Part shown: positions 17,323 through 27,020 of the stretch, one piece after another | Position numbering within the stretch: position 1 is the stretch's first letter | How the letters are laid out: the number at the start of each line of letters is the position of its first letter | Assembly (NCBI GenBank): GCA_045862915.1 | Contig: BTVE01000010.1 | Span: forward strand, 7,968-71,967 | DNA: 64,000 bases | Direction: 5' to 3' | From: Acidimicrobiia bacterium | GTDB lineage: Bacteria > Acidobacteriota > Vicinamibacteria > Vicinamibacterales > SCN-69-37 | Translations under genes and position numbers: made by a program | Notes under the pieces: generated by a model | What the model saw: the letters and a program-made list of their open reading frames with translations, nothing else | Database searches by the model: none | What the model was told of the DNA's origin: nothing

Positions 17323-18345
17323 ATGGTGCGATCCGTTCTCGGAGCATTGGTGCTCGCCGGTGGTGTGCTGCTGGCCTCACCGCAGCAGGCGCAGCAGGTG
17401 GATGTCACGACGCTTGGACCCCAAGTGGGCCAGCGCGCGATTGAGTTCCGGCTGCCGGATCAGCAGGGCCGGGCTCAAACGCTGGCCTCGGTTGCCGGGC
17501 CGAAGGGCACGATGCTCGTGTTCTTCCGTTCGGCGGACTGGTGACCGTACTGCCGCACGCAGCTGGTCGAGCTGCAACGACATCTCAAGGACGTCACCGA
17601 CGCGGGCTACGGACTCGCCGCGATCAGTTATGACTCTGTCGAGACGCTGAAAGCGTTTTCGGATAAACACAGCATCACGTTCCCGCTGTTGTCCGATGCA
17701 GGATCGAAAACGATTTCGGCCTGGGGCATCCTCAACACGGCGGCGACCGGGCGCACCGCGGGTATTCCGCATCCGGGCACGTTCATGCTCGATCGCAGCG
17801 GGAAGATTGTGTCGCGCTCGTTCGAGCAGCCGTATCAGGAACGCCGGAGCGCCACGAGCATCCTCTCGGTGCTGGCCAGCGCGACGCCGGGGCAGACCAC
17901 CACGCTCAAGGGTGGGCAGGCGACATTTGTGTTGTCGACCAGCGACGCCGTTGCGGCGGTCGGGCACAAGGTGACCCTCAGCGTGCGTGTGACGCCCGGT
18001 CCGAAGATGCATGTCTACGCGCCAGGCCAGAAGGGGTACATCCCGATCACGCTGACGCTCAAGCCCGATGCGGCCTTCAAGGCGGGCGCCGTTCGATACC
18101 CGGCGTCAACGACCTATCACTACAAGCCGCTGAACGAGACCGTGCAGGTGTTCTCGGCGCCGTTCACGCTCGCGCAGGACATTACGATCTCACTGGCGCG
18201 AGACGTCCAGGCTCGGGCTGCCGCTGGAGAGGTCCTCACGATTGCCGGCGAGCTTGAATACCAGGCGTGTGATGACACTGTCTGTTATCGGCCGGAAACG
18301 ATCCCGGTCGAATGGAAGGTGACGCTGAGCCCGATCGTCCGATAA
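17323..18345 (+). CDS. exported thioredoxin-fold redoxin (AhpC/TSA-like) fused to a DsbD-alpha-like domain; in-frame TGA at 17542..17544 (candidate selenocysteine, otherwise a pseudogene)
   Basis: ORFs 17323..17544 and 17689..18345 are in the same frame, and I find no other stop between them. Read-through gives FFRSADW-[TGA]-PYCRTQLVEL...TFPLLSD...GIPHPGTFMLDRSGKI, one continuous redoxin domain. This is followed by a DsbD-alpha-like domain ending EYQACDDTVCYRPE. Signal peptide MVRSVLGALVLAGGVLLASPQQAQQ. Confidence 0.6.
17554..17579 (+). other. SECIS-like hairpin downstream of the in-frame TGA
   Basis: CG-cac-GCAGC-uggucga-GCUGC-aa-CG. The 5-bp apical stem is at 17559..17563 / 17571..17575, with a closing CG/CG. 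The apical loop has GG at positions 2-3 and starts 19 nt after the UGA. Confidence 0.35.
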
Positions 18346-18375
18346 CGCCACTGAGGGTCGCGTATCATCCCCGCG

Positions 18376-19278
18376 ATGAACGTACGCTGGCTGATTGTTG
18401 TCGCGGCCGTGGCCTTCCAGGGCGCGCGGCCCGATGTGTTGCCTGCCGCGGTGACTGCTGCCATTGAACGCGACCGCGCATTACTCATCGAACTGCGGCG
18501 CGATCTTTATCAACATCCCGAGGTGTCCGGTCAGGAAGTGCGGACAGCGAAGGTTGTGGCCGACCGCCTGCGTGCATTGGGGCTGGACGTGCGCACTGGC
18601 GTCGGCGGGCATGGCGTCGTTGGCATGCTGAAAGGTGGGAAGCCCGGTCCACTTGTCGCGTATCGCGCGGACATGGACGCTGTGCCCTCCCGCGCGCCTG
18701 ACCCTGTGGCGTTTGCGTCACTGACGCCAGGCGTGCGGCACATTTGTGGCCATGACCTGCACGTCACCGTGGCGCTAGGCCTGGCGTCGGCACTGACCGC
18801 CGGCCGGGCAGACCTGCCGGGCCGCGTGATGTTCATTTTTCAGCCGGCTGAGGAACGCGCGACTGGCGCGCGCGCGATGCTTGATGCCGGCCTGTTTGAA
18901 GGCGAACGACCCGCGGTCATCTTTGGCCTCCACACGTCGCCTCTGCCGGTTGGCGCGCTGACGTCGAAGGCGGACCGCATGATGTTGGCCAATCAGGTGG
19001 CGCCTGGCGTGGTCAACGATCGAGCCTGGTTTGCGCGGTCCCGCGCCGCCCTTGAGGCGGCGTTGGGGACGAACGCGTTTTCAGAACTCAGCGCGCCCCC
19101 GGCGGGTTTCAGTGAGGACTTCGGTCACTTTCAAGCCGAAGTGCCGGGAGTCTTCTTCTTTCTGGGCGCGTCTGACACCGCAATGCCGCATGCGCCGACG
19201 TTTGTGATCGACGAAGGCGCGATCAATGTTGGCGTTCGCGCGATGGCCGCGGTGGTGATTGATGCCTTGCGGCCATGA
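18376..19278 (+). CDS. M20D-family amidohydrolase/peptidase, unusually short (no lid domain), secreted
   Basis: 300 aa. LRRDLYQHPEVSGQE, RADMDAVP, HICGHDLH, IFQPAEE and a C-terminal SEDFGHF...PGVFFFLG...HAPTFVIDE. The roughly 100-aa satellite domain normally between GLH..P and the C-terminal part is missing. Confidence 0.75.
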   Translation: MNVRWLIVVAAVAFQGARPDVLPAAVTAAIERDRALLIELRRDLYQHPEVSGQEVRTAKVVADRLRALGLDVRTGVGGHGVVGMLKGGKPGPLVAYRADMDAVPSRAPDPVAFASLTPGVRHICGHDLHVTVALGLASALTAGRADLPGRVMFIFQPAEERATGARAMLDAGLFEGERPAVIFGLHTSPLPVGALTSKADRMMLANQVAPGVVNDRAWFARSRAALEAALGTNAFSELSAPPAGFSEDFGHFQAEVPGVFFFLGASDTAMPHAPTFVIDEGAINVGVRAMAAVVIDALRP

Positions 19279-19304
19279 TTGCCTTTCCCGTCGTGATGGG
19301 GGTA

Positions 19305-19326
19305 TGGTGAAGGCGTGGTGAAGGCA
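19305..19326 (+). repeat. tandem 11-nt direct repeat over the ribosome-binding region
   Basis: TGGTGAAGGCG TGGTGAAGGCA. The final A is the A of the ATG at 19326. Confidence 0.7.
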
Positions 19327-19706
19327 TGAAGTCCCGGGCCGGCTGGGTGCGCAGGTGTGCGGCAGCAACGTGGATGCTGACGTTTGCCGCCACGCTTGTC
19401 GTCTCGGTCGCGTCCGTGTCCGCCATGCCGGACGATTGTCACGAGTGTTGTGACGCAATGATTGGCGCAGCCGATCATCCAGCCGACCAGACACCGGGCA
19501 TGCCGCGATGCTGCCTGGTGGAAGGCACGCCAACGCCCGCGTCCACACCGGCGACGCCTCAGTCGACGAGCACGCTGGCGGTATCAACCCCGGTGCCGGC
19601 CATGGCGTTGCTGCAACCCCTCAGTCGATCGCGACTCGTACGACCCCAGCCGTCGCCGCCACCTCCGCTGGCTGTTCTCCAGCAGACGTCCGTCCTCCTC
19701 ATCTGA
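19326..19706 (+). CDS. small exported Cys/His/Met-rich protein upstream of the RND pump (unknown family)
   Basis: 126 aa, high third-position GC. Signal/anchor WMLTFAATLVVSVASVSA, then MPDDCHECCDAMIGAADHPADQTPGMPRCC, then a Pro/Thr/Ser-rich tail. Confidence 0.55.
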   Translation: MKSRAGWVRRCAAATWMLTFAATLVVSVASVSAMPDDCHECCDAMIGAADHPADQTPGMPRCCLVEGTPTPASTPATPQSTSTLAVSTPVPAMALLQPLSRSRLVRPQPSPPPPLAVLQQTSVLLI

Positions 19707-19810
19707 TCCCGCGCTGCAAGGGTTCGCGCTGACGCGCGTTCTCTATCTGCCGGCGACGTGTGTCACCGGCTGGTTCGGTGCGCACATTCGCGCGCCGGCG
19801 AGGCGTGGAG

Positions 19811-22800
19811 ATGATCAACTGGCTGCTGGATCGTTCGCTCAAATATCGCGGTGTCGTGCTCGGGGTGTACCTGTGCCTCGGCGTGTGGGGTTACTGGGCC
19901 ATGCGCACGGGGACGGTCGATGCCATCCCCGACCTCTCCGACCATCAGGTCATCGTCTTTACCGACTGGCCAGGGCAGAGCGCTCAGGAGGTTGAAGATC
20001 AGGTCACCTACCCGGTTGTGACCAACCTCCAGGGACTACCCGGCGTCCGTGTCGTTCGGTCCCAGTCCGCGTTCGGCTTCTCGATGGTCTACGCGATTTT
20101 TGATGATGACGTGGACCTGTATTTTGCGCGCACACGCGTGCTGGAACGCCTGAGCCTGGTCACGACTCAGCTGCCGCCGGGTGTGGTGCCCGTGCTTGGA
20201 CCCGATGCCACGGGCGTGGGGCACGTGTTCTGGTACACGCTCGACAGCGATCGGCATTCGCTTGCCGAGTTGCGCAGTCTGCAGGATTGGTTCATCCGGT
20301 ATCAGCTCAACGCCGTGCCGGGTGTGGCGGAGGTCGCGTCGGTCGGCGGAGACGTCCGTCAATACCAGGTCAATATCGATCCGGATCGCCTGCGTGGGTA
20401 CGGGCTGTCGATCGGCGACGTGGTGCGTGCCGTCCAGGCAGGCAACGCCAACGTCGGCGGCAATGTGCTCGACACCAACGGCGCGTGGGCCATCGTCCGG
20501 GGCGTTGGACTCATCGAATCCATCGAGGACGTACGCACCATCGTGGTGCGGGCCTCCGGCGGCGTGCCGGTGTACGTGCGCGACGTGGCGACCGTTGAGC
20601 TGGGTGCCGCCTTCCGGACAGGTGCGTTGCTCAAGGGTGACCGCGAGGCCGTCGGAGGCGTCATCGTCGCCAGAGCCGGTGCCAACGCACAGGAAGTGAT
20701 TGATGCCGTCAAGTCGCGGATGGCGCAGATCCAGCCAGGCTTGCCGGATGGCGTCACCATCCGCGCGTTTTATGACCGGTCCGAACTGATTGGACGCGCG
20801 ATTGAGACACTCCGCTTCGCGTTGATTGAGGAAATCGCCCTGGTGACGCTGGCGCACGTGATCTTCCTGATGCACGTGCGATCAATTCTTATCGTCACCA
20901 TTCCCCTGCCGCTCGCCGTGCTGATGTCCTTCCTGATGATGAAGTACCTCGGCATTTCATCGAACCTGATGAGCCTGTCGGGGATTGCCATCGCGATCGG
21001 TGTCCTCGTTGATGCCGGCATCGTCGTCACCGAGAACGCGTTTCGCACGATCGAGCAACGTGGCGTGCCGACGACGGATCGCGCCGCGGTCTGGTCGGCC
21101 GTGCGTGACGCTACCCGTCTGGTTGGTCGTCCGGTGTTCTTCTCGATGACCGTCATCGTGCTGGCGTTTGTGCCGGTGTTTGCGCTCACGGGGCAGGAAG
21201 GCAAGTTGTTCCATCCGCTCGCGTTCACCAAGACGTTTGCGATGGTGGCGGCCACGATGATGGCCGTCACGCTGGTGCCCGTGCTGTGCACGCTCCTGCT
21301 GGGTGGCCGCATGCACGCGGAGGAAGACAACCCGGTGATGCGTGCCGTACGCCGGTTGTATACACCCGTGCTCGCTTCAGCGCTGAGTCACAGGACCGCG
21401 ACGATGCTGCTGGCGATGGCGGTGTTCCTCTCGGCCGTCGCGTTGTCCACGCGCATCGGCAGCGAGTTCATGCCTGCGCTCGACGAAGGCGACCTGATGT
21501 TCATGCCGATCGCTGATCCGAGCGTGTCGCTCGACGAAGCCATGCGGCAGGCCTCGGTGCAGAACGCCGCCATTGCGGCGTTTCCCGAAGTGCGGACGGT
21601 CGTCGCCAAGGTCGGCCGGGCCGACACATCCACCGATCCCTCACCGGTGAACATGACCGAGACGATTGTCTCGCTCAAGCCGCGCGCGGAGTGGCGGGAT
21701 GGGATGACGCTTGAGACGCTCCGCGCCGAAATGGGCCGCGCCGTGCAGCTGCCGGGGGTGACCAATATCTGGACGATGCCCATCATCAACCGGATCGACA
21801 TGTTGTCGACCGGCATCCGGTCGGAGGTCGGCGTCAAGATCTTCGGTAGCGACCTGCGTGAACTCGAGCGGCTTGCGCGAGAGGTGGCTGCGGCGCTGCG
21901 GACCGTCCCCGGTGCCGCCAACGTGTACCCGGAGCCGGTCTCAAGCGGTCAGTACCTGAACGTGCGTGTCGACCGTGAAGCCGCTGCGCGCTACGGCCTG
22001 AGCGTGGCCGAAGTGCAGGCCACCATCGAATACGCCATCGGTGAGACACCGGTTGGACGAACGATTGAAGGGCGGGAGCGGTATCCCATTCGAGTGCGAC
22101 TCGACGAGCGGTTCCGCAGTGACGCCGGGGCCATCGGTCGAACACCGATCGTGAGTGCCGCCGGTCAGCAGATTCCGCTGAGCGAAGTGGCATCACTTGA
22201 GCCGACCCGGGGTCCGTCGATGATCGCGGCCGAAAACGGACTGGTCCTCGCGACGGTGCTGCTCAATGTGCAGGGACGCGACGTCGTGGGATTCGTGGAA
22301 GAGGCGAAGCGGGCCGTGGCGGAGGTCGTCGCCATGCCTGAGGGTTACTACCTCGGCTGGAGCGGCCGGTATGAAAACCAGCAGCACGCACGCGAGCGGC
22401 TGCGCATCGTGTTGCCCCTGGTGCTGCTGACCATCTTCGTGTTGCTGTATTTCACCTATCACTCGGCGGTTGAAGCGGCGCATGTGTTGCTGGCGGTGCC
22501 GTTTGCCCTCAGCGGCGGTGTCTTTCTCGTCTGGGCCCTGGGATTCAACTTCTCCGTCGCCGTCTGGGTCGGCTTCATCGCGTTGTTCGGCACCGCGGTT
22601 CAGACCGGCATGGTGATGGTCATTTATCTCGAAGACGCCGTAACGCGGGCACAGGCGGCCGCCGGTGATGCGTGGTCTCGTGCGCGGCTGCGAGATGCGG
22701 TCATGGAAGGCGCCCTGCTGCGACTGCGCCCGAAACTGATGACGGTCTCCACGGTGGTCGCCGGCCTGCTGCCGATCATGTGGAGCACGCGAACGGGTGC

Positions 22801-23380
22801 GGAAGTGATGCAGCCGCTCGCGGCGCCCGTGCTGGGAGGCATGGTGTCGTCCCTCCTGCATGTGCTCGTGGTGACGCCGGTGATCTTCTTCTGGATTCGC
22901 AGCCGGGGTCTGCCGGCAATAGACGACGTTGCGATCGAGAGCGAGCCACGTGCACGCATCCGACCGGCGGTGGTTGTGAGCCTGGCGCTGGTGTTGGCGG
23001 CGGTGGCCGCCTGGTGGTGGTGGCCGTCGGCAACGACGCTGGCGCCGACGGGCTCCGTGCTCCACGAGGTGCGTGCCGGCGATACGGTCGTGAGATTGCG
23101 TGTCGCTGAAGGGACGCAGGCTCTGGGAGTCGGCCGCAACACGTTCACGCTCGAGTTTGTCTCGCCAGATGGCGCGCCAGTCACAGTACGGGACGTCCGG
23201 CTTGCGGTGTCGATGGCGATGCCCGGCATGGTCATGACGGCTCCCGTCCAGGTCGCAGGGCAGGGCCATGTGTGGACCGCCACCTCGGAGTTCTCGATGG
23301 CCGGTGGATGGCGTTTTGTTGTTGAGTGGCTCGGTCCTGACGGGGCCGCAACCGCGTCGTTTGACGGAGAAGTGCGATGA
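19811..23380 (+). CDS. cusA: CusA/CzcA-family heavy-metal efflux RND permease with an extra C-terminal TM helix and periplasmic domain
   Basis: The ATG at 19811 gives [27 protein letters not shown] architecture throughout. About 150 extra residues follow the normal C-terminus. Confidence 0.95.
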   Translation: MINWLLDRSLKYRGVVLGVYLCLGVWGYWAMRTGTVDAIPDLSDHQVIVFTDWPGQSAQEVEDQVTYPVVTNLQGLPGVRVVRSQSAFGFSMVYAIFDDDVDLYFARTRVLERLSLVTTQLPPGVVPVLGPDATGVGHVFWYTLDSDRHSLAELRSLQDWFIRYQLNAVPGVAEVASVGGDVRQYQVNIDPDRLRGYGLSIGDVVRAVQAGNANVGGNVLDTNGAWAIVRGVGLIESIEDVRTIVVRASGGVPVYVRDVATVELGAAFRTGALLKGDREAVGGVIVARAGANAQEVIDAVKSRMAQIQPGLPDGVTIRAFYDRSELIGRAIETLRFALIEEIALVTLAHVIFLMHVRSILIVTIPLPLAVLMSFLMMKYLGISSNLMSLSGIAIAIGVLVDAGIVVTENAFRTIEQRGVPTTDRAAVWSAVRDATRLVGRPVFFSMTVIVLAFVPVFALTGQEGKLFHPLAFTKTFAMVAATMMAVTLVPVLCTLLLGGRMHAEEDNPVMRAVRRLYTPVLASALSHRTATMLLAMAVFLSAVALSTRIGSEFMPALDEGDLMFMPIADPSVSLDEAMRQASVQNAAIAAFPEVRTVVAKVGRADTSTDPSPVNMTETIVSLKPRAEWRDGMTLETLRAEMGRAVQLPGVTNIWTMPIINRIDMLSTGIRSEVGVKIFGSDLRELERLAREVAAALRTVPGAANVYPEPVSSGQYLNVRVDREAAARYGLSVAEVQATIEYAIGETPVGRTIEGRERYPIRVRLDERFRSDAGAIGRTPIVSAAGQQIPLSEVASLEPTRGPSMIAAENGLVLATVLLNVQGRDVVGFVEEAKRAVAEVVAMPEGYYLGWSGRYENQQHARERLRIVLPLVLLTIFVLLYFTYHSAVEAAHVLLAVPFALSGGVFLVWALGFNFSVAVWVGFIALFGTAVQTGMVMVIYLEDAVTRAQAAAGDAWSRARLRDAVMEGALLRLRPKLMTVSTVVAGLLPIMWSTRTGAEVMQPLAAPVLGGMVSSLLHVLVVTPVIFFWIRSRGLPAIDDVAIESEPRARIRPAVVVSLALVLAAVAAWWWWPSATTLAPTGSVLHEVRAGDTVVRLRVAEGTQALGVGRNTFTLEFVSPDGAPVTVRDVRLAVSMAMPGMVMTAPVQVAGQGHVWTATSEFSMAGGWRFVVEWLGPDGAATASFDGEVR

Positions 23381-24633
23381 ACACCACGAAGTACCACATG
23401 CGGTTCGTGATCCCCGGAACGCTGGCGATTGCGAGCTTGTCAGCCGGGTTGGGCGCACAGGGCGTGGCATCCGGCATCGAACAACTTGTGCAGCGAGCGA
23501 TGACAGGCGCGCCCGCGCTGGCTGCGGCCCGCGCGCGCGTGGAGGCGGCCGAGGGCGAACGGCAGCAGGCGGGACTTCGCCCGAATCCTACGGCCGAAGT
23601 GAGCAGGCGCGAAGAGTTCGGAGGCATAGACAACCAGACGTTTGTTGGCGTGACGGTGCCGCTCGACCTGTTCCGCAGGGACGCGCGCGTTGCCGTCGCC
23701 AGCCATCACGTGCAGCACACGGCATCGGAAGTGGAGGCGGCCGAGTTGGAACGTGCGTACCTCGTGCGTGTGCGCGCTGCCGCCGTGCTTGGGGCCCGGC
23801 GTCAACTGGACGTGGTCACCCAGGTGGCGCAAACGGCAAAGTCCCGCCTGGACCTGCTCGCGGCCAGGGCCGAGACCGGCGCCGGTCGGCCGCTCGATCG
23901 GGACCTCGCTGACGTCGAGTGGAGGCGCGCCGAGGCCGAGCGCACGCAGTGGGCAGGGCGCCTGACCGCCGCAGAGGCGGAGCTGAAGGCGGCCGTGGGA
24001 ATCACCGACGACGTTGCCGCGTGGTTGCCCTTGCCGCTCGAAGCCGAAGTGAAGTTGTTGCCTGCGCCGGATCCCCCGACGCCGGACGACGTGTTGGCCG
24101 ATCGACCGGACATCCGCGCCCTCGTTTCCGAAGAAGCGATGGCCGCTGCGGCGCGCGACCTCGCCGTCAGTGAGGGCCGTTGGAACCTGGCGATCAGCGC
24201 CGGCTACATGCGCCGGACGATCGCGATGCCGGGCGGACGGGACGGCATGAACGAAGCGATGCTCGGCGTCATGGTGGATCTGCCGTGGCGGAATCGACAA
24301 CAGGGCGCTGTGGCCGCTGCCGACGCCACGCGACGAGCGGTCGCGTCGGAACTGGCGCAGCGGCGGATTGATGCGGCTGCCGAGCTCGAGGCCGCACGCG
24401 CCCGGGAGCACGCGGCCACCGATACCGTGACCCGATTCCAGGGCGGCTGGCTCGCGCTGGCCCAGCGAAACCTCGAAGTAGTGCGTGAGGCCTGGACCCT
24501 TGGCGACGCCACCCTCTTTGACGTGATTGAAGAAGAACGACGGTTTCTCGCGCTCCAGGCCGACTACACGACGGCCATGCGTGAGCTCATCGGCGCGCGG
24601 GCTGACGTCCGGCGCGCGACGGGAGTTCGATGA
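23377..24633 (+). CDS. TolC-family outer membrane efflux protein
   Basis: ATGA overlap with the RND gene. 418 aa with a signal peptide and two OEP repeats. Confidence 0.85.
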   Translation: MNTTKYHMRFVIPGTLAIASLSAGLGAQGVASGIEQLVQRAMTGAPALAAARARVEAAEGERQQAGLRPNPTAEVSRREEFGGIDNQTFVGVTVPLDLFRRDARVAVASHHVQHTASEVEAAELERAYLVRVRAAAVLGARRQLDVVTQVAQTAKSRLDLLAARAETGAGRPLDRDLADVEWRRAEAERTQWAGRLTAAEAELKAAVGITDDVAAWLPLPLEAEVKLLPAPDPPTPDDVLADRPDIRALVSEEAMAAAARDLAVSEGRWNLAISAGYMRRTIAMPGGRDGMNEAMLGVMVDLPWRNRQQGAVAAADATRRAVASELAQRRIDAAAELEAARAREHAATDTVTRFQGGWLALAQRNLEVVREAWTLGDATLFDVIEEERRFLALQADYTTAMRELIGARADVRRATGVR

Positions 24634-26186
24634 TGGTGACTCGACTGATCTCTGCTGCTGCGCTCATCGCCGTCGGCGCGCTTGGCCTCGCACTGGCGCA
24701 ATCCCTGTGGCCACGCGGTGCCGATCCGATGCCGCACGAGCCGCCTCCGATCGCCGCTGCCGATACAACCACGCGATCGTCCGCGACGCCGGAATCGGGA
24801 GGTGCGCTGACGTTGTCCGACGAGACCGCTCGGCGCGCCGGGATCCACGTGGCACGGGTTGATGCCGCTGAGGCGGACTCCATCCGCCGCCTTCCCGCCA
24901 TCGTCGAACCACACGGCTATCGCACTGTTGAGATCACGACGTTGCTGGCCGGCACGGTGGTCGACATGCCCGTGACGCTTGGCGCGCGGCTGGCGTCGGG
25001 TGCCGTGGTCGCCACGCTGCGCAGCCCAGCGCTGACTGACGAGGTCCGCATGTGGTTGACAATGAGGGCGGAGAGGGATGTTGCGGGCAACCGACTGACA
25101 CGCGCGAAGCGCCTGGCAGAGATCGGCGCGGCCAGTCGTCAGGACCTCGAGGTTGCCGAGGCTGCCGACGTCCGCGCTGCCACCGATGTCAAGACGGCGG
25201 AGGCGCGGCTTCGTCGACTTGGACTGTCGGAGTCAACGCTGGCCCGTGTCAGCGAAGGAGGCTCCCTTCCTGACACGTTTGCGGTCGTCGCGGATGCCGC
25301 AGGACAGGTGATTGCCCGGCAGGCGAATCCCGGGCAGCAACTGGACGCCGGTGATTCGGTCGTCACGTTGAGTGATCTGTCCTCGGTCTGGGTGATGGGA
25401 GATCTGTTCGAGTCCGATCTGGCACACACACGAGTGGGAACCTCCGTGCGCGTGACGGCCGGCGCATTTCCCGGCAGGGCGTGGACCGGCCGGCTGACCT
25501 ACATCGAGCCGGTCGTCGCGCGGGAGACACGAACGGTCAAGGTGCGTGTCGAAGTGCCCAATCGCGATGAAGCGTTGCGCCTGGGCATGCTGGTCAGCAT
25601 CGAGCTGGACGTCACCGGCGATACGGGCATCAGCGTGCCCGGAGGCGCGATCCAGATGCTGGGAGAGGCGGCCGTCGTGTACGTCGAGACATCGCCGGGC
25701 ACGTTCGAGGAGCGCACAGTCGCACTGGGCGCCCAGACCTCGTCAGGCGTTCGTGTTCTCGATGGGCTCTTACCGGGTGACGCGGTGGTGGTCGCCGGCA
25801 GTTTTGCGTTGCGCGCGGAACGCGAGCGGCTCGGCTGGGCTCCGCCGGTGCCCCGCACACGTCGGGCCGTCGAGCGGCCGGCGCCGGTGGTGGCGCCTCC
25901 GGCAGAGGCCATTCCGACACGGGTGGTCGAGATCACCCAGGCCGGCCTGGTACCTGCGCGTGTGACCATCCCTGCGAATCAGGCAGTTGATCTGGTGTTC
26001 ATCCGTCGTGTCGAAGAAACGTGCGGCACCGATGTGGTCATTCCCGATCTGGGAATTTCACGTGACCTGCCCATCGACACCCGAGTGACCATCCGTCTTC
26101 CGCCACAGCAGCCGGGTGAAGTCACGTTCGCCTGCGGCATGAACATGCTCAAGGGGACAGTTGTCGTGCAGCGATCGAGCCGGTGA
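24630..26186 (+). CDS. RND periplasmic adaptor (CusB-like) fused to a C-terminal cupredoxin-like domain
   Basis: ATGA overlap with the TolC-like gene. HlyD/MFP core. The C-terminal roughly 90 aa read VVEITQAGLVPARVTIPANQAVDLVFIRRVEETCGTDVVIPDLGI...EVTFACGMNMLKGTVVV. Confidence 0.9.
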   Translation: MMVTRLISAAALIAVGALGLALAQSLWPRGADPMPHEPPPIAAADTTTRSSATPESGGALTLSDETARRAGIHVARVDAAEADSIRRLPAIVEPHGYRTVEITTLLAGTVVDMPVTLGARLASGAVVATLRSPALTDEVRMWLTMRAERDVAGNRLTRAKRLAEIGAASRQDLEVAEAADVRAATDVKTAEARLRRLGLSESTLARVSEGGSLPDTFAVVADAAGQVIARQANPGQQLDAGDSVVTLSDLSSVWVMGDLFESDLAHTRVGTSVRVTAGAFPGRAWTGRLTYIEPVVARETRTVKVRVEVPNRDEALRLGMLVSIELDVTGDTGISVPGGAIQMLGEAAVVYVETSPGTFEERTVALGAQTSSGVRVLDGLLPGDAVVVAGSFALRAERERLGWAPPVPRTRRAVERPAPVVAPPAEAIPTRVVEITQAGLVPARVTIPANQAVDLVFIRRVEETCGTDVVIPDLGISRDLPIDTRVTIRLPPQQPGEVTFACGMNMLKGTVVVQRSSR

Positions 26187-26408
26187 GCCTGGAGGCTCCC
26201 GGTGCGCATGAGACGCCGACTCGGCCGCCCGGGGGGGCCAACACGTCCTGCGGTAGACTCCCGGCGGAGGTCTTCCATGGTTCGGGTGATCGACGCTCAG
26301 GTGTTCGTCCGGGGCCTCCGACGGTACGGGCCAGTGCCGGCCGTCCGCCGGCAAGGCGGCCGTGCCGGCGATTGATCGCTGAAGGCAGAAGCTGGAAGGG
26401 GGAGAGTG

Positions 26409-27020
26409 ATGGATCCTCGCGCACATTGGGAGACGGTGTATCAGTCGAAGGGTGACGCGGAGGTCAGTTGGACCGAACCCGTGCCGGCCGTCTCGCTGCG
26501 GATGCTGGAGGCCGCCGGCATGACCAGGGACACGTGCGTCGTTGATATCGGTGGTGGGAACTCGCGGCTGGTGGATGCACTGCTGGGGCGCGGCCTCGAG
26601 TGTCTGGCGGTGCTCGATGTGGCGCCTTCGGCCGTTGCACGTGCGCAGGCCCGGTTGGGCGCTGCGGCGCATGTGCCGACCTGGATCATCGGTGACGTGA
26701 CCGGCGACTGGTCGCTCAAACCGATGGACATCTGGCACGACCGCGCGGTGTTCCACTTTCTCACCACGCCCGAGGCGCGGCAACGGTATCGGGCGCATCT
26801 GGCCGATACACTCAAGCCAGGCGGCGCGGCCATTGTGGCCACGTTTGCGCCCGATGGGCCGGACCGGTGCAGCGGCCTGCCCGTGCAACGGTATGCGCCG
26901 GAGGAACTGGCGGCCGAGTTTGCGGAGGTGCTGACGTTGGTCGAGTCGATGCCGTACCAGCATGCGACTCCGTGGGGAGCGATGCAGTCGTTCCAGTACA
27001 GCCGATTCGTGCGGTCGTGA
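26409..27020 (+). CDS. class I SAM-dependent methyltransferase
   Basis: GTG 26406 / ATG 26409 follow GGGGGAGAG. SAM motif VVDIGGGNSRLV. Confidence 0.8.
   Translation: MDPRAHWETVYQSKGDAEVSWTEPVPAVSLRMLEAAGMTRDTCVVDIGGGNSRLVDALLGRGLECLAVLDVAPSAVARAQARLGAAAHVPTWIIGDVTGDWSLKPMDIWHDRAVFHFLTTPEARQRYRAHLADTLKPGGAAIVATFAPDGPDRCSGLPVQRYAPEELAAEFAEVLTLVESMPYQHATPWGAMQSFQYSRFVRS

Noticed and set aside
17542-17688. Reading 17323..17544 and 17689..18345 as two independent small genes separated by a normal stop.
   Set aside because: The stop splits a single thioredoxin-fold domain at its active-site Cys, and the 144 nt between the two ORFs stay in frame with domain-like sequence. Recoding or a pseudogene explains this better.
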